From Escherichia phage Sa157lw, in the sequence record OK322699.1: a stretch of DNA of 64,000 bases, one strand, 5' to 3'. Within the stretch, counting starts at the first letter, position 1. The number at the start of each line of letters is the position of its first letter. Shown here in pieces: positions 28,183 to 37,868 of this stretch. The notes under the pieces were generated by a model. It saw only the letters and a program-made list of their open reading frames with translations. It was not told the origin of the DNA and searched no databases. The position numbers were made by a program, and so were the translations under genes.

Positions 28183-28492
28183 ACCGTTTGAACTTAAATT
28201 TCGCGTTTGGCATATTCCCCAGGTTCCTGGGATCGCTTTTCATGTTGAGGTTCCAACATTTGAAGAAGCGCAGCGCCTGAAGAATGCTCTGGGTGATTAT
28301 GATTTGTTCCAGTTCAACAACAATATCAAGCCGGATTATTGCAATGCTTCGGGCATTCAGATTTATCAACATGATCTGACCGATGATGATCTTAATGATA
28401 TGGGTCTGGATGATCGTTGGGTTGATATGGAAGATGTTGACGAACTCAACGATTATTTCGAGCATCTGCGCAGTACAGGGTGGGAAATATGA
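28172..28492 (+). CDS. hypothetical acidic protein
   Basis: 106 aa, overlaps neighbours (operon-like). Confidence 0.4.
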   Translation: MSNKPFELKFRVWHIPQVPGIAFHVEVPTFEEAQRLKNALGDYDLFQFNNNIKPDYCNASGIQIYQHDLTDDDLNDMGLDDRWVDMEDVDELNDYFEHLRSTGWEI

Positions 28493-28797
28493 TTTCAAAA
28501 TATATTGTAAAGCCTGGGGATACTCTGTCCAGCATCGCTCTAAAATTATATGGTGATGCCCAACAGTATATCAAATTAGCCAGATTCAACAATATCCAAA
28601 ACCCAGGCCATATCACGGTTGGTCAGGTTATTTGTTTACCCACACCTGTCGAAGACAAAGAACACATTATGATTCCGGTTCAACCGACTCAGAAGTGTTT
28701 GGATGCGATAGCTGGTTTATTTCGGCCAGGTTTTTGTGATGGAACTATTGAACGTCACATTTATCAAGCGATTGTGGAAAACGCAGGTGTAAAATGA
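28489..28797 (+). CDS. LysM domain protein
   Basis: YIVKPGDTLSSIALKLYGD..QYIKLARFNNI..ITVGQVICLP is a canonical LysM. Confidence 0.55.
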   Translation: MISKYIVKPGDTLSSIALKLYGDAQQYIKLARFNNIQNPGHITVGQVICLPTPVEDKEHIMIPVQPTQKCLDAIAGLFRPGFCDGTIERHIYQAIVENAGVK

Positions 28798-29003
28798 TCG
28801 GATTAATTCGTTACCTGTTCATATTCGTAATTTCAACATTCATTTTATTTTTCTTTTTCAAATACTTGAAAGAGACTAAAATCTACCGAAGTAAACGTTG
28901 GCGCAAACGGGTGAGGGTAACTTTCCTGCTGCTGATTTCTTCGGTTACAATAACCGCACTCACATTGGGTGCATATATCTACATTTTTGAAGGGGTACAT
29001 TGA
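28794..29003 (+). CDS. small two-TM membrane protein (holin-like topology)
   Basis: 69 aa; two hydrophobic helices separated by basic loop; ATGA-coupled. Confidence 0.4.
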   Translation: MIGLIRYLFIFVISTFILFFFFKYLKETKIYRSKRWRKRVRVTFLLLISSVTITALTLGAYIYIFEGVH

Positions 29004-29794
29004 TGTTCAAGAAATTGGTGTTCGGTGCAATTATGGTTCTGGCTGCAAGTCTACTTTCTGGTTGTGGTGGCGTTATCGATGAAGGTAATGTCGGCGTTCG
29101 CACCCAATGGGGTGAAGTAGACATGAACCCTGTAACAGCGGGGATCTACACCAGCTTTGTTTCAAGCGTGGATGTTTACACGACCAAAGAAGCCGTTGTG
29201 AGTCTGACTAAAATGACGCCAAAGGCCAAAGACAACCTGACTCTGGAAGACTTGGATGTGGATGTTTATTACACACCCAATGTCGCAAAGGTTCCGTGGT
29301 TCCATACCAAATTTGCTGGCCAGAGCGCTGAACTCGATGATGGCACGATAGCGGTGGGTTTCAATCTAGTTAAAACTGCTGCAGCATCTTCTTCGATGGA
29401 CGCCGTTTCTTCTCTTGATTCTATGACAATTCACACCCAACGTGCTGAATTAGAGAAGATGATTAAAGACCGCACTCAGCAACAATTAGAGACTGCTGCG
29501 CCTGGCATGTTCACAATCACACGCGTGTTGGTCAAAAAGGCGCTGACGGATCCTTCTATTGAGCAGTCTATCCGTGATAATGTTATGGCGGACAAACGAT
29601 TGGATACGGCAAGAAAGAACGTTGAAATTCGCGAGCAAGAAGCCCAAGCGAACCAGAAACTGACCACTTCGCTGACGCCTGAATATCTTCAACATGAATA
29701 TAACATGGTATTACAATCATGTGCCAATAGTGGAAAATGTACTCTGATCGTTGACGGATCCGGCTCAGGTAAAATGCTGAACGTCGGCAAATAA
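29000..29794 (+). CDS. SPFH/band-7 (prohibitin-like) domain lipoprotein
   Basis: signal + lipobox LLSGC; GNVGVRTQWGEV start typical of SPFH. Confidence 0.5.
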   Translation: MMFKKLVFGAIMVLAASLLSGCGGVIDEGNVGVRTQWGEVDMNPVTAGIYTSFVSSVDVYTTKEAVVSLTKMTPKAKDNLTLEDLDVDVYYTPNVAKVPWFHTKFAGQSAELDDGTIAVGFNLVKTAAASSSMDAVSSLDSMTIHTQRAELEKMIKDRTQQQLETAAPGMFTITRVLVKKALTDPSIEQSIRDNVMADKRLDTARKNVEIREQEAQANQKLTTSLTPEYLQHEYNMVLQSCANSGKCTLIVDGSGSGKMLNVGK

Positions 29795-29877
29795 ACGCTT
29801 TATTCAATAATATTTGTTAGGTAAGCTGTAGTCCTCTTGTAGTGAAACATTGTAAACAACTAACTGGAGTAATCCGA

Positions 29878-30156
29878 ATGAACCGTACTGATTTTATCGC
29901 TCACATCGCCCAGACTCAGGGTATGACCAAAGGCGAAGCAGAGAAGATCGTGGCATCCTTTATCAATGGCGTAAAAACTGCAGTCGCAGCTGGCCAATCT
30001 GTCCAATTCGTCGGCTTCGGCGCGTTTGAAGTTAAACATCAGGAAGCGCGCACTGGTCGCAACCCGCTGAACGGGCAAGCGATTCAGATCGAAGCGAAAA
30101 ATGTTGTTAAATTCAAAGTCGGCGAAGGTCTGAAAGCTGCTGCCAACGGCCAGTAA
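29878..30156 (+). CDS. HU/IHF-family DNA-binding protein
   Basis: ORF 29842..30156 trimmed to MNRTDF (GGAG RBS); FxGFGxFEV..R.GRNP..G..I arm motifs of HU. Confidence 0.8.
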   Translation: MNRTDFIAHIAQTQGMTKGEAEKIVASFINGVKTAVAAGQSVQFVGFGAFEVKHQEARTGRNPLNGQAIQIEAKNVVKFKVGEGLKAAANGQ

Positions 30157-30204
30157 TCACATCCAGAGCGGTCGTGCCTAGCACAGCGTGTTAGGCTAAA
30201 AGAG

Positions 30205-30234
30205 AAAGCCGAGGTTAATGCCTCGGCTTTTTCG
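30205..30234 (+). terminator. rho-independent terminator AAAGCCGAGG ttaatg CCTCGGCTTT + TT
   Basis: 10-bp stem and T-run. Confidence 0.75.
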
Positions 30235-30281
30235 TTGTTGGAATTCGGGTAAACTATAACAGAACCCAAAGGAGGAACAAC

Positions 30282-32003
30282 GTGACAGCATTTAATCAAT
30301 ACCGAAAGGCGATTGACGCCATAGGCCGTAAGGTTCCTATAGAAGAAATACAAAGCCTTGCCAAAAACGAATTTCCATATGACAAGGCGAACCAAGGCCA
30401 GATGGAATGTATCGTCGAAGCCGTTGATGCCTTGGTCAACAAAAAGGTCAAACACGTGATCATTGAAGCCCCAACTGGCGTGGGGAAATCTTTGATTGGG
30501 ACAACAATTCATAAAGTGATTCGCCATTTGGTTTTACAGGCCGATCCTTATGGGCAATTCCGCACGTCTATCAGTACGCCCACCAAAGGTCTACAAGATC
30601 AGTATGCTGCTGAAAAGGCGGTGGCGATAGACATCCTGAAAGGCAAGAAGAACTATCGTTGCCACGTACACCCAGATGTGTATTACAACGCCGTGCAATG
30701 CCGTATAGCATGCCGCGACGGGCATTGTAGCAAACGCCGTTGTCCTTATGTACAGGCGCGCAATTTATGGACTGATATTTCGTCATTGCGTTGCACTAAT
30801 GCAGCTATGATGATTGAGATGTGCACCACCATCTGTATGAAGCCTGAAAACCGTTCCGATATGCTGATCTTAGACGAGTGCCATAAGATGCCCTCTACGC
30901 TCCTAGAGCACACGATAATGGAATACAATACAAAGGCTGTGGATGGGCTGCGAACTATCCCCGAAGGGAAGGAGATAGTCTCTATCATTGCCGATATCGT
31001 AGAACGCACCAAGGACTATGTCTTGGGCAAGTTGTATTCCTTGTCCGGTGAAATGCATTCGATGTTTGAAGACCTCCATCTTAAAGTGGAGTCTTTGTTG
31101 GAAGTTCTTGAAGAATTGGTTGAAGATGACCGCCTGAGTGAAAGCCAGGTGATGAAACTCGCCGACATTATCGATGTACTACACAATCTGAGTGATTATT
31201 GTGGTATTATGTCTCAGACAAAGGCCAGCACCTTTATCGTACAGGAAAAGGGAGATGACTTTATTCGGTTTAAACCCGTCATGCCTTCTGATGTAAGTGA
31301 ATTTGGATTGTTCAGGAAAGCCGATTACCATGTTCATATGTCGGCAACAATCTGCGGAATCGATTCATATGCCCGTTCCTTGGGTATCCGCCAGGGGGAT
31401 TATCATTCAATACAGATTGGAAATCCAATCCCAATTGAAAATCGGAAAGTCAACTATATGCCCATCGTTAAGATGACCAACAACATGGGCGATTATGAAA
31501 TGAAAAGGCTGACGGAATACATTGATGAAATAATCGCATTCCATCCAGGGCAATCTGGCATCATACATACGGTGAGCTATGATCGCGCATTAGCAATACA
31601 AAAATTCAGCAAATACCAGAACTTTATCCATGTGCCACGCACTCGAAAGGCGTTGATGGATATTATGGAAAATGCCTTCAGGACAAAAACACCTTGTGTT
31701 ATTGCCAGTCCGGCCATGGAAGAAGGATATGACTTCAAAGGTGATTACAGCCGATTCCAAATACTGATCAAAGTTCCTTACGATTATTTGGGTGATCCAT
31801 TGATCGCACATATTAATTCAGTGGATCCGTCTGCGTACTTCCGCAACGCAGTATTGCGCATTGTTCAGATGTGCGGACGTTCGGTCAGGGGTGTGGATGA
31901 CTGGGCTGCAACATACATAATCGATTCTTCCTTTGAATCTCTTATGATGCGCAACCCAGAGTTCTTCCCAACCTGGTTCACCGATGCAGTATTTGAAGTT
32001 TAA
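30282..32003 (+). CDS. DinG/XPD-like SF2 helicase with Fe-S cysteine cluster
   Basis: 573 aa; Walker A EAPTGVGKS, DECH box LILDECHK, Cys cluster CHVH..C..C..C..C. Confidence 0.55.
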   Translation: MTAFNQYRKAIDAIGRKVPIEEIQSLAKNEFPYDKANQGQMECIVEAVDALVNKKVKHVIIEAPTGVGKSLIGTTIHKVIRHLVLQADPYGQFRTSISTPTKGLQDQYAAEKAVAIDILKGKKNYRCHVHPDVYYNAVQCRIACRDGHCSKRRCPYVQARNLWTDISSLRCTNAAMMIEMCTTICMKPENRSDMLILDECHKMPSTLLEHTIMEYNTKAVDGLRTIPEGKEIVSIIADIVERTKDYVLGKLYSLSGEMHSMFEDLHLKVESLLEVLEELVEDDRLSESQVMKLADIIDVLHNLSDYCGIMSQTKASTFIVQEKGDDFIRFKPVMPSDVSEFGLFRKADYHVHMSATICGIDSYARSLGIRQGDYHSIQIGNPIPIENRKVNYMPIVKMTNNMGDYEMKRLTEYIDEIIAFHPGQSGIIHTVSYDRALAIQKFSKYQNFIHVPRTRKALMDIMENAFRTKTPCVIASPAMEEGYDFKGDYSRFQILIKVPYDYLGDPLIAHINSVDPSAYFRNAVLRIVQMCGRSVRGVDDWAATYIIDSSFESLMMRNPEFFPTWFTDAVFEV

Positions 32004-32767
32004 TAACCTGCAATAAACGATAAATGGCACTTGATATTTGGTTCAAGTGTCGTTATCGTGATGATCATATTATCCACATCTTGACTAAAAGATATATTTG
32101 CTATTGGTTTAGTCTGAACGTGGTTGTACAGGCTGTATATCAAATCTTCACCACGGTATCCGACTTTACCATCAGTATCCTGCCAATGGCCTAACGTGGA
32201 TTCATGAGCATGTACTCGGAATTCTATCATATGGAACAATGCTTTTGGGATTGTTTTCAGTATGCTGGTTCCGACAACAGGGATATCAATAGCAGAGTCG
32301 TTGGAATTGCCCTCATATACTGAAGCCCAACCAAATGTTGGATCTCCTCCCGCCACGGGAGTTCTCTTCCAGTATTGGAATTCTGGATTACCCGAAGCGT
32401 TCTTTTGCAGAAGGATTACTTCACCGCCTTCAAAATTAGAAGTGTCTATATCATCACGTGCTAATAAATCAGCTGGAGAACCAATAAATTTCCAGGTTTC
32501 GCGATCTAAAATAGACTTATAATAATCGGTGAATACGTTGCTGTCGTTAGCTGCATTGATTGCGTCTTTAAGACCTTCACCTGTGACCATCTCATTGAGT
32601 TTTAGCCACATGTTTTTGACAGCTGACGCAGCTGCGACTTGACCTTCAGTCCCACCCGCCGTGTAGTCATAAACGATGTCCAGCTTTTGTATGGAATCAT
32701 TTATAGACAAGAGCAAACGCTCAATTTCTGGGGCGGTCAGACTGAAACGATATGCGCGTTCTGACAT
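32000..32767 (-). CDS. hypothetical protein (isolated minus-strand gene)
   Basis: 255 aa ORF convergent with helicase. Confidence 0.45.
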   Translation of the reverse strand: MSERAYRFSLTAPEIERLLLSINDSIQKLDIVYDYTAGGTEGQVAAASAVKNMWLKLNEMVTGEGLKDAINAANDSNVFTDYYKSILDRETWKFIGSPADLLARDDIDTSNFEGGEVILLQKNASGNPEFQYWKRTPVAGGDPTFGWASVYEGNSNDSAIDIPVVGTSILKTIPKALFHMIEFRVHAHESTLGHWQDTDGKVGYRGEDLIYSLYNHVQTKPIANISFSQDVDNMIITITTLEPNIKCHLSFIAGY

Positions 32768-32809
32768 GATTCGTTCCTCATCGATAAAACCAGTTTGGGA
32801 TACTTATAC

Positions 32810-33337
32810 ATGATTGAAATATACACTGACGGGGCATCTTCCCCGCAGAAGACACAAGCCGCAGGTTGGGCATTTGCTATCGGTCCAATCACTGGAGAGC
32901 AATGGAAAGTGTTTTATGGGTATTTACCCCCACCGTCAACGAATAATATCGCTGAGTTGCTTGGGGTTATAAACGCCTTGAAGATTCTATGGAAATTCTC
33001 TAATTGTGGGGAACGCTGTATTCCCTCAGCCAGTATTATATCCGACAGCCAATATGTTATCAATAGTGTTTTGGAGTGGCGTAGAAAATGGGAATATGAA
33101 GGAATGCCGCCTAAGAACACAGAACTTCTGCTCGAGTTGTTCGATTATTATGACAAAGTTTGTTCAATTTGTGAACTTGAATTAAAATGGGTGAAAGGTC
33201 ATGCGGGGAATATCGGCAACGAAATCGCAGATCAGTGGAGCGTCAGAGCCAAAGAAAATAGCTCGATGGTTCTTGAAAATAATCGTTTCCTGGTCAGAAA
33301 GGTTGTTGGTTCTTTCAATGAATTCATTGGTATTTGA
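32810..33337 (+). CDS. ribonuclease HI-like protein
   Basis: ORF 32795..33337 trimmed; YTDGAS .. NNIAEL .. SDSQYV .. WVKGHAGNxGNExAD motifs. Confidence 0.7.
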   Translation: MIEIYTDGASSPQKTQAAGWAFAIGPITGEQWKVFYGYLPPPSTNNIAELLGVINALKILWKFSNCGERCIPSASIISDSQYVINSVLEWRRKWEYEGMPPKNTELLLELFDYYDKVCSICELELKWVKGHAGNIGNEIADQWSVRAKENSSMVLENNRFLVRKVVGSFNEFIGI

Positions 33338-33348
33338 GGATTATCACG

Positions 33349-34119
33349 ATGGGTATGAATTTTGTAGACAGGGGTGATAACGTCACCAAATATTTCACTG
33401 ACGAAGATAACGATCGAGTTGTGGGGATATTGCGTGATTGGATCCCTGCTCGTAAAAAGGCATTAGCCGAAGGAACACCCCTACCAAGAATCCCCAATTA
33501 TGTGGCCATGAATGTTCAGATGATAATCAAGAATATGAGTATGCGTTACAACTACCGTGATTATCCATATCGTGAAGACATGGTGAGTGAAGCGGTTGTG
33601 AACATCCTTCGTTACCTTCACACCTTTGATGTTAGCCATATCGGCAAGAAAGGAAAGATCAACTTCTTCTCTTGGGTGACTATGTGTGCCGATCGCTCAT
33701 TCGCCAAGAAACTCACGAGTGAAGAAGAACACAACTACATTAAATTGCGTTCCTTTGAAGAAGCAGGTGGGTTCGCAGCTTTATCGGATGACCCAGACTT
33801 CCAACAACAAACCTTCGTTGATAGCACTGGGATAACGATGGACTTTCGTGAACGCATCGGTAATTTCGAAAATAAGAAAGAAGCCCAGCGTGAAAAGGAA
33901 CGCCAAAAGCAAACGGCTATCAAAGAAGAGGAAAAGAATAAGAAAATCCCTCGCGGTATACTTCGATGTCTTACGAAGAGTGTAAATACCATTACCGCTG
34001 ACGCCGAAGACAATTCAGATAATGACTTCGGCTCTACTCAATTTAGTCTTGAAGATATAATGGACAGCCCCACATTGTTAGCCGAATCAGTTGGAGAAAA
34101 GAATAATGGCGATTGCTAA
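33349..34119 (+). CDS. 55: late promoter sigma factor gp55-like
   Basis: ORF 33334..34119 (TTG) trimmed to ATG; central region aligns to T4 gp55; located before gp47/gp46; Lys/Glu-rich C-terminal extension. Confidence 0.55.
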   Translation: MGMNFVDRGDNVTKYFTDEDNDRVVGILRDWIPARKKALAEGTPLPRIPNYVAMNVQMIIKNMSMRYNYRDYPYREDMVSEAVVNILRYLHTFDVSHIGKKGKINFFSWVTMCADRSFAKKLTSEEEHNYIKLRSFEEAGGFAALSDDPDFQQQTFVDSTGITMDFRERIGNFENKKEAQREKERQKQTAIKEEEKNKKIPRGILRCLTKSVNTITADAEDNSDNDFGSTQFSLEDIMDSPTLLAESVGEKNNGDC

Positions 34120-35221
34120 AATTGGCGATTTACACATCGGGAGCCGCAATGGTTCCCGTTACGTTCGTGAATTCATAAAGAATTATCTCATCAACTATTT
34201 TATTCCCGAATTGGTAGATGCAGACATTAAAGAAGTTTGGCAATTCGGCGACACATTTGATGTTCGTAAATTTATGTACGGGCGCGACAAAGATTGGTTG
34301 AAAGATGAACTGACTCCAGCCCTGAGAAAGGCGGGTATCAAATGGAATGGCATCGTTGGAAACCATGATATCACCTTAGAAGAATCTAACCGTATCAACT
34401 GGCCATCCTATCTGAATGAATTAGCGCCAGACGTCTATCATTATTACAGTGAACCCACTGAAGTTTCGATTGAAGGCGAAAAGGTATTGCTTCTCCCATG
34501 GATCAATAAAGAGAATTATGATGCATCTGTTAAAGCGATACAAGATACAGACGCCAAGTACTGTTTTGCGCATCTGGAGTTGGCAGGGTTCAAAATGTAC
34601 CAGTCCTCTGTATGTGATAAAGGTCAGATCGACGTGGCGCTCCTTTCCAAGTTCGAACGCGTGGATACCGGACATTTCCATACCCGTTCGATGGAAGGTA
34701 ACATTCAGTATATTGGGACTCCTTATCACCTTACCTGGGAAGACCATAAAGACGGAACGAACCGAGGATTCTATGTAGACGACATGAAAGGCGGGGAATT
34801 GTTTATTCCCAACAACGAGCAACAAACGTTGTTCCGATTCATCGAATACGACTACACCCAAATGTCTTCCGACACCGAAGGAAACTGGATTGACCCAGAT
34901 TGGCTAAACAATGGTTTGGGTATTGAAGGGCAAATCGTTAAAGTGATTGTACAGAACCGCGATAATGCCAAGCATTATGAAAAGTTCTGCGACGCGCTGA
35001 AGCGCTGTAAATGCATCGATTACAACTTTATAGATCGGACTATCACAGTCTCGTCTGAGAAGGTAGAAGTCACTGAAGAGATGGTGGCGACTGATGCTGT
35101 GGAAGTCCTAAAGAAAGATATCCGCGCCGCCAATAATATCCAGCGCCCTGAAAATGTTTGCAAATTAGCAGAACAATTCTATAATGCTGCCCAACAACGC
35201 CTGAACACATTGGATGCATAA
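34106..35221 (+). CDS. 47: recombination endonuclease subunit gp47 (Mre11/SbcD-like)
   Basis: ORF 34091..35221 trimmed; GDLHIG, QFGDTFDVRK, VGNHD, GHFH phosphoesterase motifs. Confidence 0.85.
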   Translation: MAIAKIGDLHIGSRNGSRYVREFIKNYLINYFIPELVDADIKEVWQFGDTFDVRKFMYGRDKDWLKDELTPALRKAGIKWNGIVGNHDITLEESNRINWPSYLNELAPDVYHYYSEPTEVSIEGEKVLLLPWINKENYDASVKAIQDTDAKYCFAHLELAGFKMYQSSVCDKGQIDVALLSKFERVDTGHFHTRSMEGNIQYIGTPYHLTWEDHKDGTNRGFYVDDMKGGELFIPNNEQQTLFRFIEYDYTQMSSDTEGNWIDPDWLNNGLGIEGQIVKVIVQNRDNAKHYEKFCDALKRCKCIDYNFIDRTITVSSEKVEVTEEMVATDAVEVLKKDIRAANNIQRPENVCKLAEQFYNAAQQRLNTLDA

Positions 35222-35223
35222 TA

Positions 35224-37557
35224 ATGAGCAACGTAGATCTATTATCAAAATTTGGTTCGCTGTTGAAAGAAGCGGACGCTCCTGTTATTGTTGAAGCACC
35301 ATTTGAAATCCGTGGGGAAATTACTCACAAACTGACTTTCCATCGTGGTCGCGCTAAGAACTTTCGTTCTATCGGTAATGAATTCATGGAAATTGATTAC
35401 CAACGCAATTCGGCAACCTTGGTTACATCCGATGACAATGGCGCTGGTAAATCCACCATGCTTGTCTGGCTGCTGTTCTTCGTTCTGTACAACGACACGT
35501 ACAGCAAGAAAGAGAAGAAAGCCGGATTGGTTAACTCTCAAAACAAAAAGGAATGCGTGGGTGAAGTTGAGTTCTCAACTCGCGGTAGTGAATGGAAAGT
35601 CCGTCGGGGTATCAAACCAGATTTTGTAGAAGTTTATCAGATGGTGGAAGGAGAGTGGAAGCAAGTCGTGAACGATGCGGCCAAAGCTGATATGAACAAG
35701 TACATCGTGAATCTCATCGGCGTGGACCAGAAGATGTTCGAGAACTCTTTGGTTCTGGGCAAGGAGAAGTTTATTCCTTTCACAGAGATGTATACCGCTG
35801 ACCGCCGCGCCATGGTTGAAACAATTTGGGACTTGGGTTTCTTCAGCCTGATGAATGAGGATGTTAAAGCATCTATCAAGGCGGTAACGAACGAACTCAC
35901 GACGGTCACCAATGATTACGCCTTTCATGATGTGAATCTAAAAGGCCAGCAAGCGCAGTTGGAACAGATCAATAATTCCAATGCGATGGTTCAGCAACAA
36001 TCTGCGGATATCCTTGTCCAAGAGAAGGAACGTCTGAATAGCCTGAATTCAGATATCGGCGCAGTGCAGGAACAACTGACCGAGTCCCGTGCTCAAGACT
36101 CTAAATTGGAATCAGAATTATCAGAAGTCCGTAATCGCCTGAACGCTGAAATGAAGGTGGATATCGATGCCATCAATGACGAGTATTTTGCCAAAATTCA
36201 AGCGGTACAGGATGAGGCTGATACCAAGGCTGAAGACTATGAACGTATCGAGGTGTCTGATGGCGAACGTTCATTACAAGAAATTCGTGAGAGAATGGCG
36301 GTAGTCGCGGAACGTAAAAATGATCTGGTCAGCCAACGGAATGCTAACCTGGATGAACTGAACAAAGCATTAGCGCGGCGTCAGCAGGGTGAGAACTTCC
36401 GTATCAAATTCGTAACAGAAATGGAAGGACATGAATCTGCCATCAAACGTTTTCACGATATGGGCACTTGCCCTACGTGTACGCAATTAGTGTCGGACGA
36501 TACCAAATCACGCATTGAAAGTCAATATTATCCACAAATCATTGAACTGACTGACAAGATTCTTCAGGTTGACACAGCCCTAGAAGAAGTTAATTCCCTG
36601 ATTGAGAATTACAACGTCAAAGATTCAGAATTATCTTCTCAGATTTCGGTTGTTGACAAAGAACTGGATGCTTTGCGCAATGAAATCCGAGAAGCGGAAT
36701 CAGCGATCGCTGCATTAAAACGCGACATCCAAGGATTCTATGATGTGGCAGCTGTTGAGAAAACATCTTTACAGCGGGAACAACAGTCCAAAATTAACGA
36801 TATCCTCAAGGCCGTAGACACCCGTTACGAAGATATCACGACGTCAATCCGTCAAGCGCGCGAGCAGCTCTCTAAGAGTATCAACGACACGGCTGATAAA
36901 CTCACCAGCCTGAAATCACGCCGTGCCCCTCTGGAGGCATCCATTGCCGATTTAGAGCGTAAATTGGCGGTTAAGCCGACACCAACTGACACCCTGGAAG
37001 AAGAGATCGCTCGCATCACGGCGTTAATGGAAGATCTGAATGCGCGGCGCGTAGAGTTGGATGAGAAATTGCAAGACCTGAACCATCTTCTGTTCTTCCT
37101 AAAAGATGATCAGACCAAGGCTCGAATTATCAGCCTGTATTTGCCTTTCCTCAATAGTAAAATAAACGAGTATCTTGAAGCACTCAATATGTTCTTGGAT
37201 ATTGCTGTTGATGATACATTTGAAATCACCATGAGCGCTGCAGGTCGTAAAGGGCAAAGTATCTTCTCGTTATCTACTGGTCAGCGTAGTCGCCTGAACC
37301 TGGCTGTGACATTAGCTTTACGCGATGTTGCAAACCTCAAGGCGTCGGTGCAATGTAACCTGTTTGTGTTAGATGAAATCCTTGAGAACATGAGCGAGCG
37401 CGGCGTACAAGAATCGGTTGAGATGCTGAAGCATAAATTTGGCGGGAACAATCTGTTCGTTATCAGTCAACGCGAGCAGGAATTCCAAGAGTATTTCCAA
37501 CACAACATCCGTTATGGTCTGCGTAATGGCATGACTGAAGTGATTAAGAAGGATTGA
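35224..37557 (+). CDS. 46: recombination endonuclease subunit gp46 (Rad50/SbcC-like)
   Basis: 777 aa; Walker A NGAGKST, long coiled coil, CPTC zinc hook, signature LSTGQRSR, Walker B LFVLDE. Confidence 0.85.
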   Translation: MSNVDLLSKFGSLLKEADAPVIVEAPFEIRGEITHKLTFHRGRAKNFRSIGNEFMEIDYQRNSATLVTSDDNGAGKSTMLVWLLFFVLYNDTYSKKEKKAGLVNSQNKKECVGEVEFSTRGSEWKVRRGIKPDFVEVYQMVEGEWKQVVNDAAKADMNKYIVNLIGVDQKMFENSLVLGKEKFIPFTEMYTADRRAMVETIWDLGFFSLMNEDVKASIKAVTNELTTVTNDYAFHDVNLKGQQAQLEQINNSNAMVQQQSADILVQEKERLNSLNSDIGAVQEQLTESRAQDSKLESELSEVRNRLNAEMKVDIDAINDEYFAKIQAVQDEADTKAEDYERIEVSDGERSLQEIRERMAVVAERKNDLVSQRNANLDELNKALARRQQGENFRIKFVTEMEGHESAIKRFHDMGTCPTCTQLVSDDTKSRIESQYYPQIIELTDKILQVDTALEEVNSLIENYNVKDSELSSQISVVDKELDALRNEIREAESAIAALKRDIQGFYDVAAVEKTSLQREQQSKINDILKAVDTRYEDITTSIRQAREQLSKSINDTADKLTSLKSRRAPLEASIADLERKLAVKPTPTDTLEEEIARITALMEDLNARRVELDEKLQDLNHLLFFLKDDQTKARIISLYLPFLNSKINEYLEALNMFLDIAVDDTFEITMSAAGRKGQSIFSLSTGQRSRLNLAVTLALRDVANLKASVQCNLFVLDEILENMSERGVQESVEMLKHKFGGNNLFVISQREQEFQEYFQHNIRYGLRNGMTEVIKKD

Positions 37558-37868
37558 TCATGGGAAGTCTGATTCGTGTTTCTAAGATATCCAAGGGCGC
37601 TGAAAAGCGCCTGTACAAAGCCGTTCGCCTGATGATCCTCTACAAGTACACTGCTGAGAATCGGTGCTGGCGAAAGAAAACACGTGCCCGATATCAGTTA
37701 GCTCAGTACAATATGAGGCGTCATGTCGTCCGGTTGGCGTTGAAGATCGCGGGGAATTACAAGTATTGGACTTGTGAGGCTGTTGGTAGCCGCAAGGCTA
37801 TTGACCTCATAAATGACCGGAATCTATCTTTCCTGATCAATCTATCGGATTATGAGGACATGTCGTGA
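37554..37868 (+). CDS. hypothetical basic protein
   Basis: 104 aa, ATGA-coupled to gp46. Confidence 0.35.
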   Translation: MIMGSLIRVSKISKGAEKRLYKAVRLMILYKYTAENRCWRKKTRARYQLAQYNMRRHVVRLALKIAGNYKYWTCEAVGSRKAIDLINDRNLSFLINLSDYEDMS

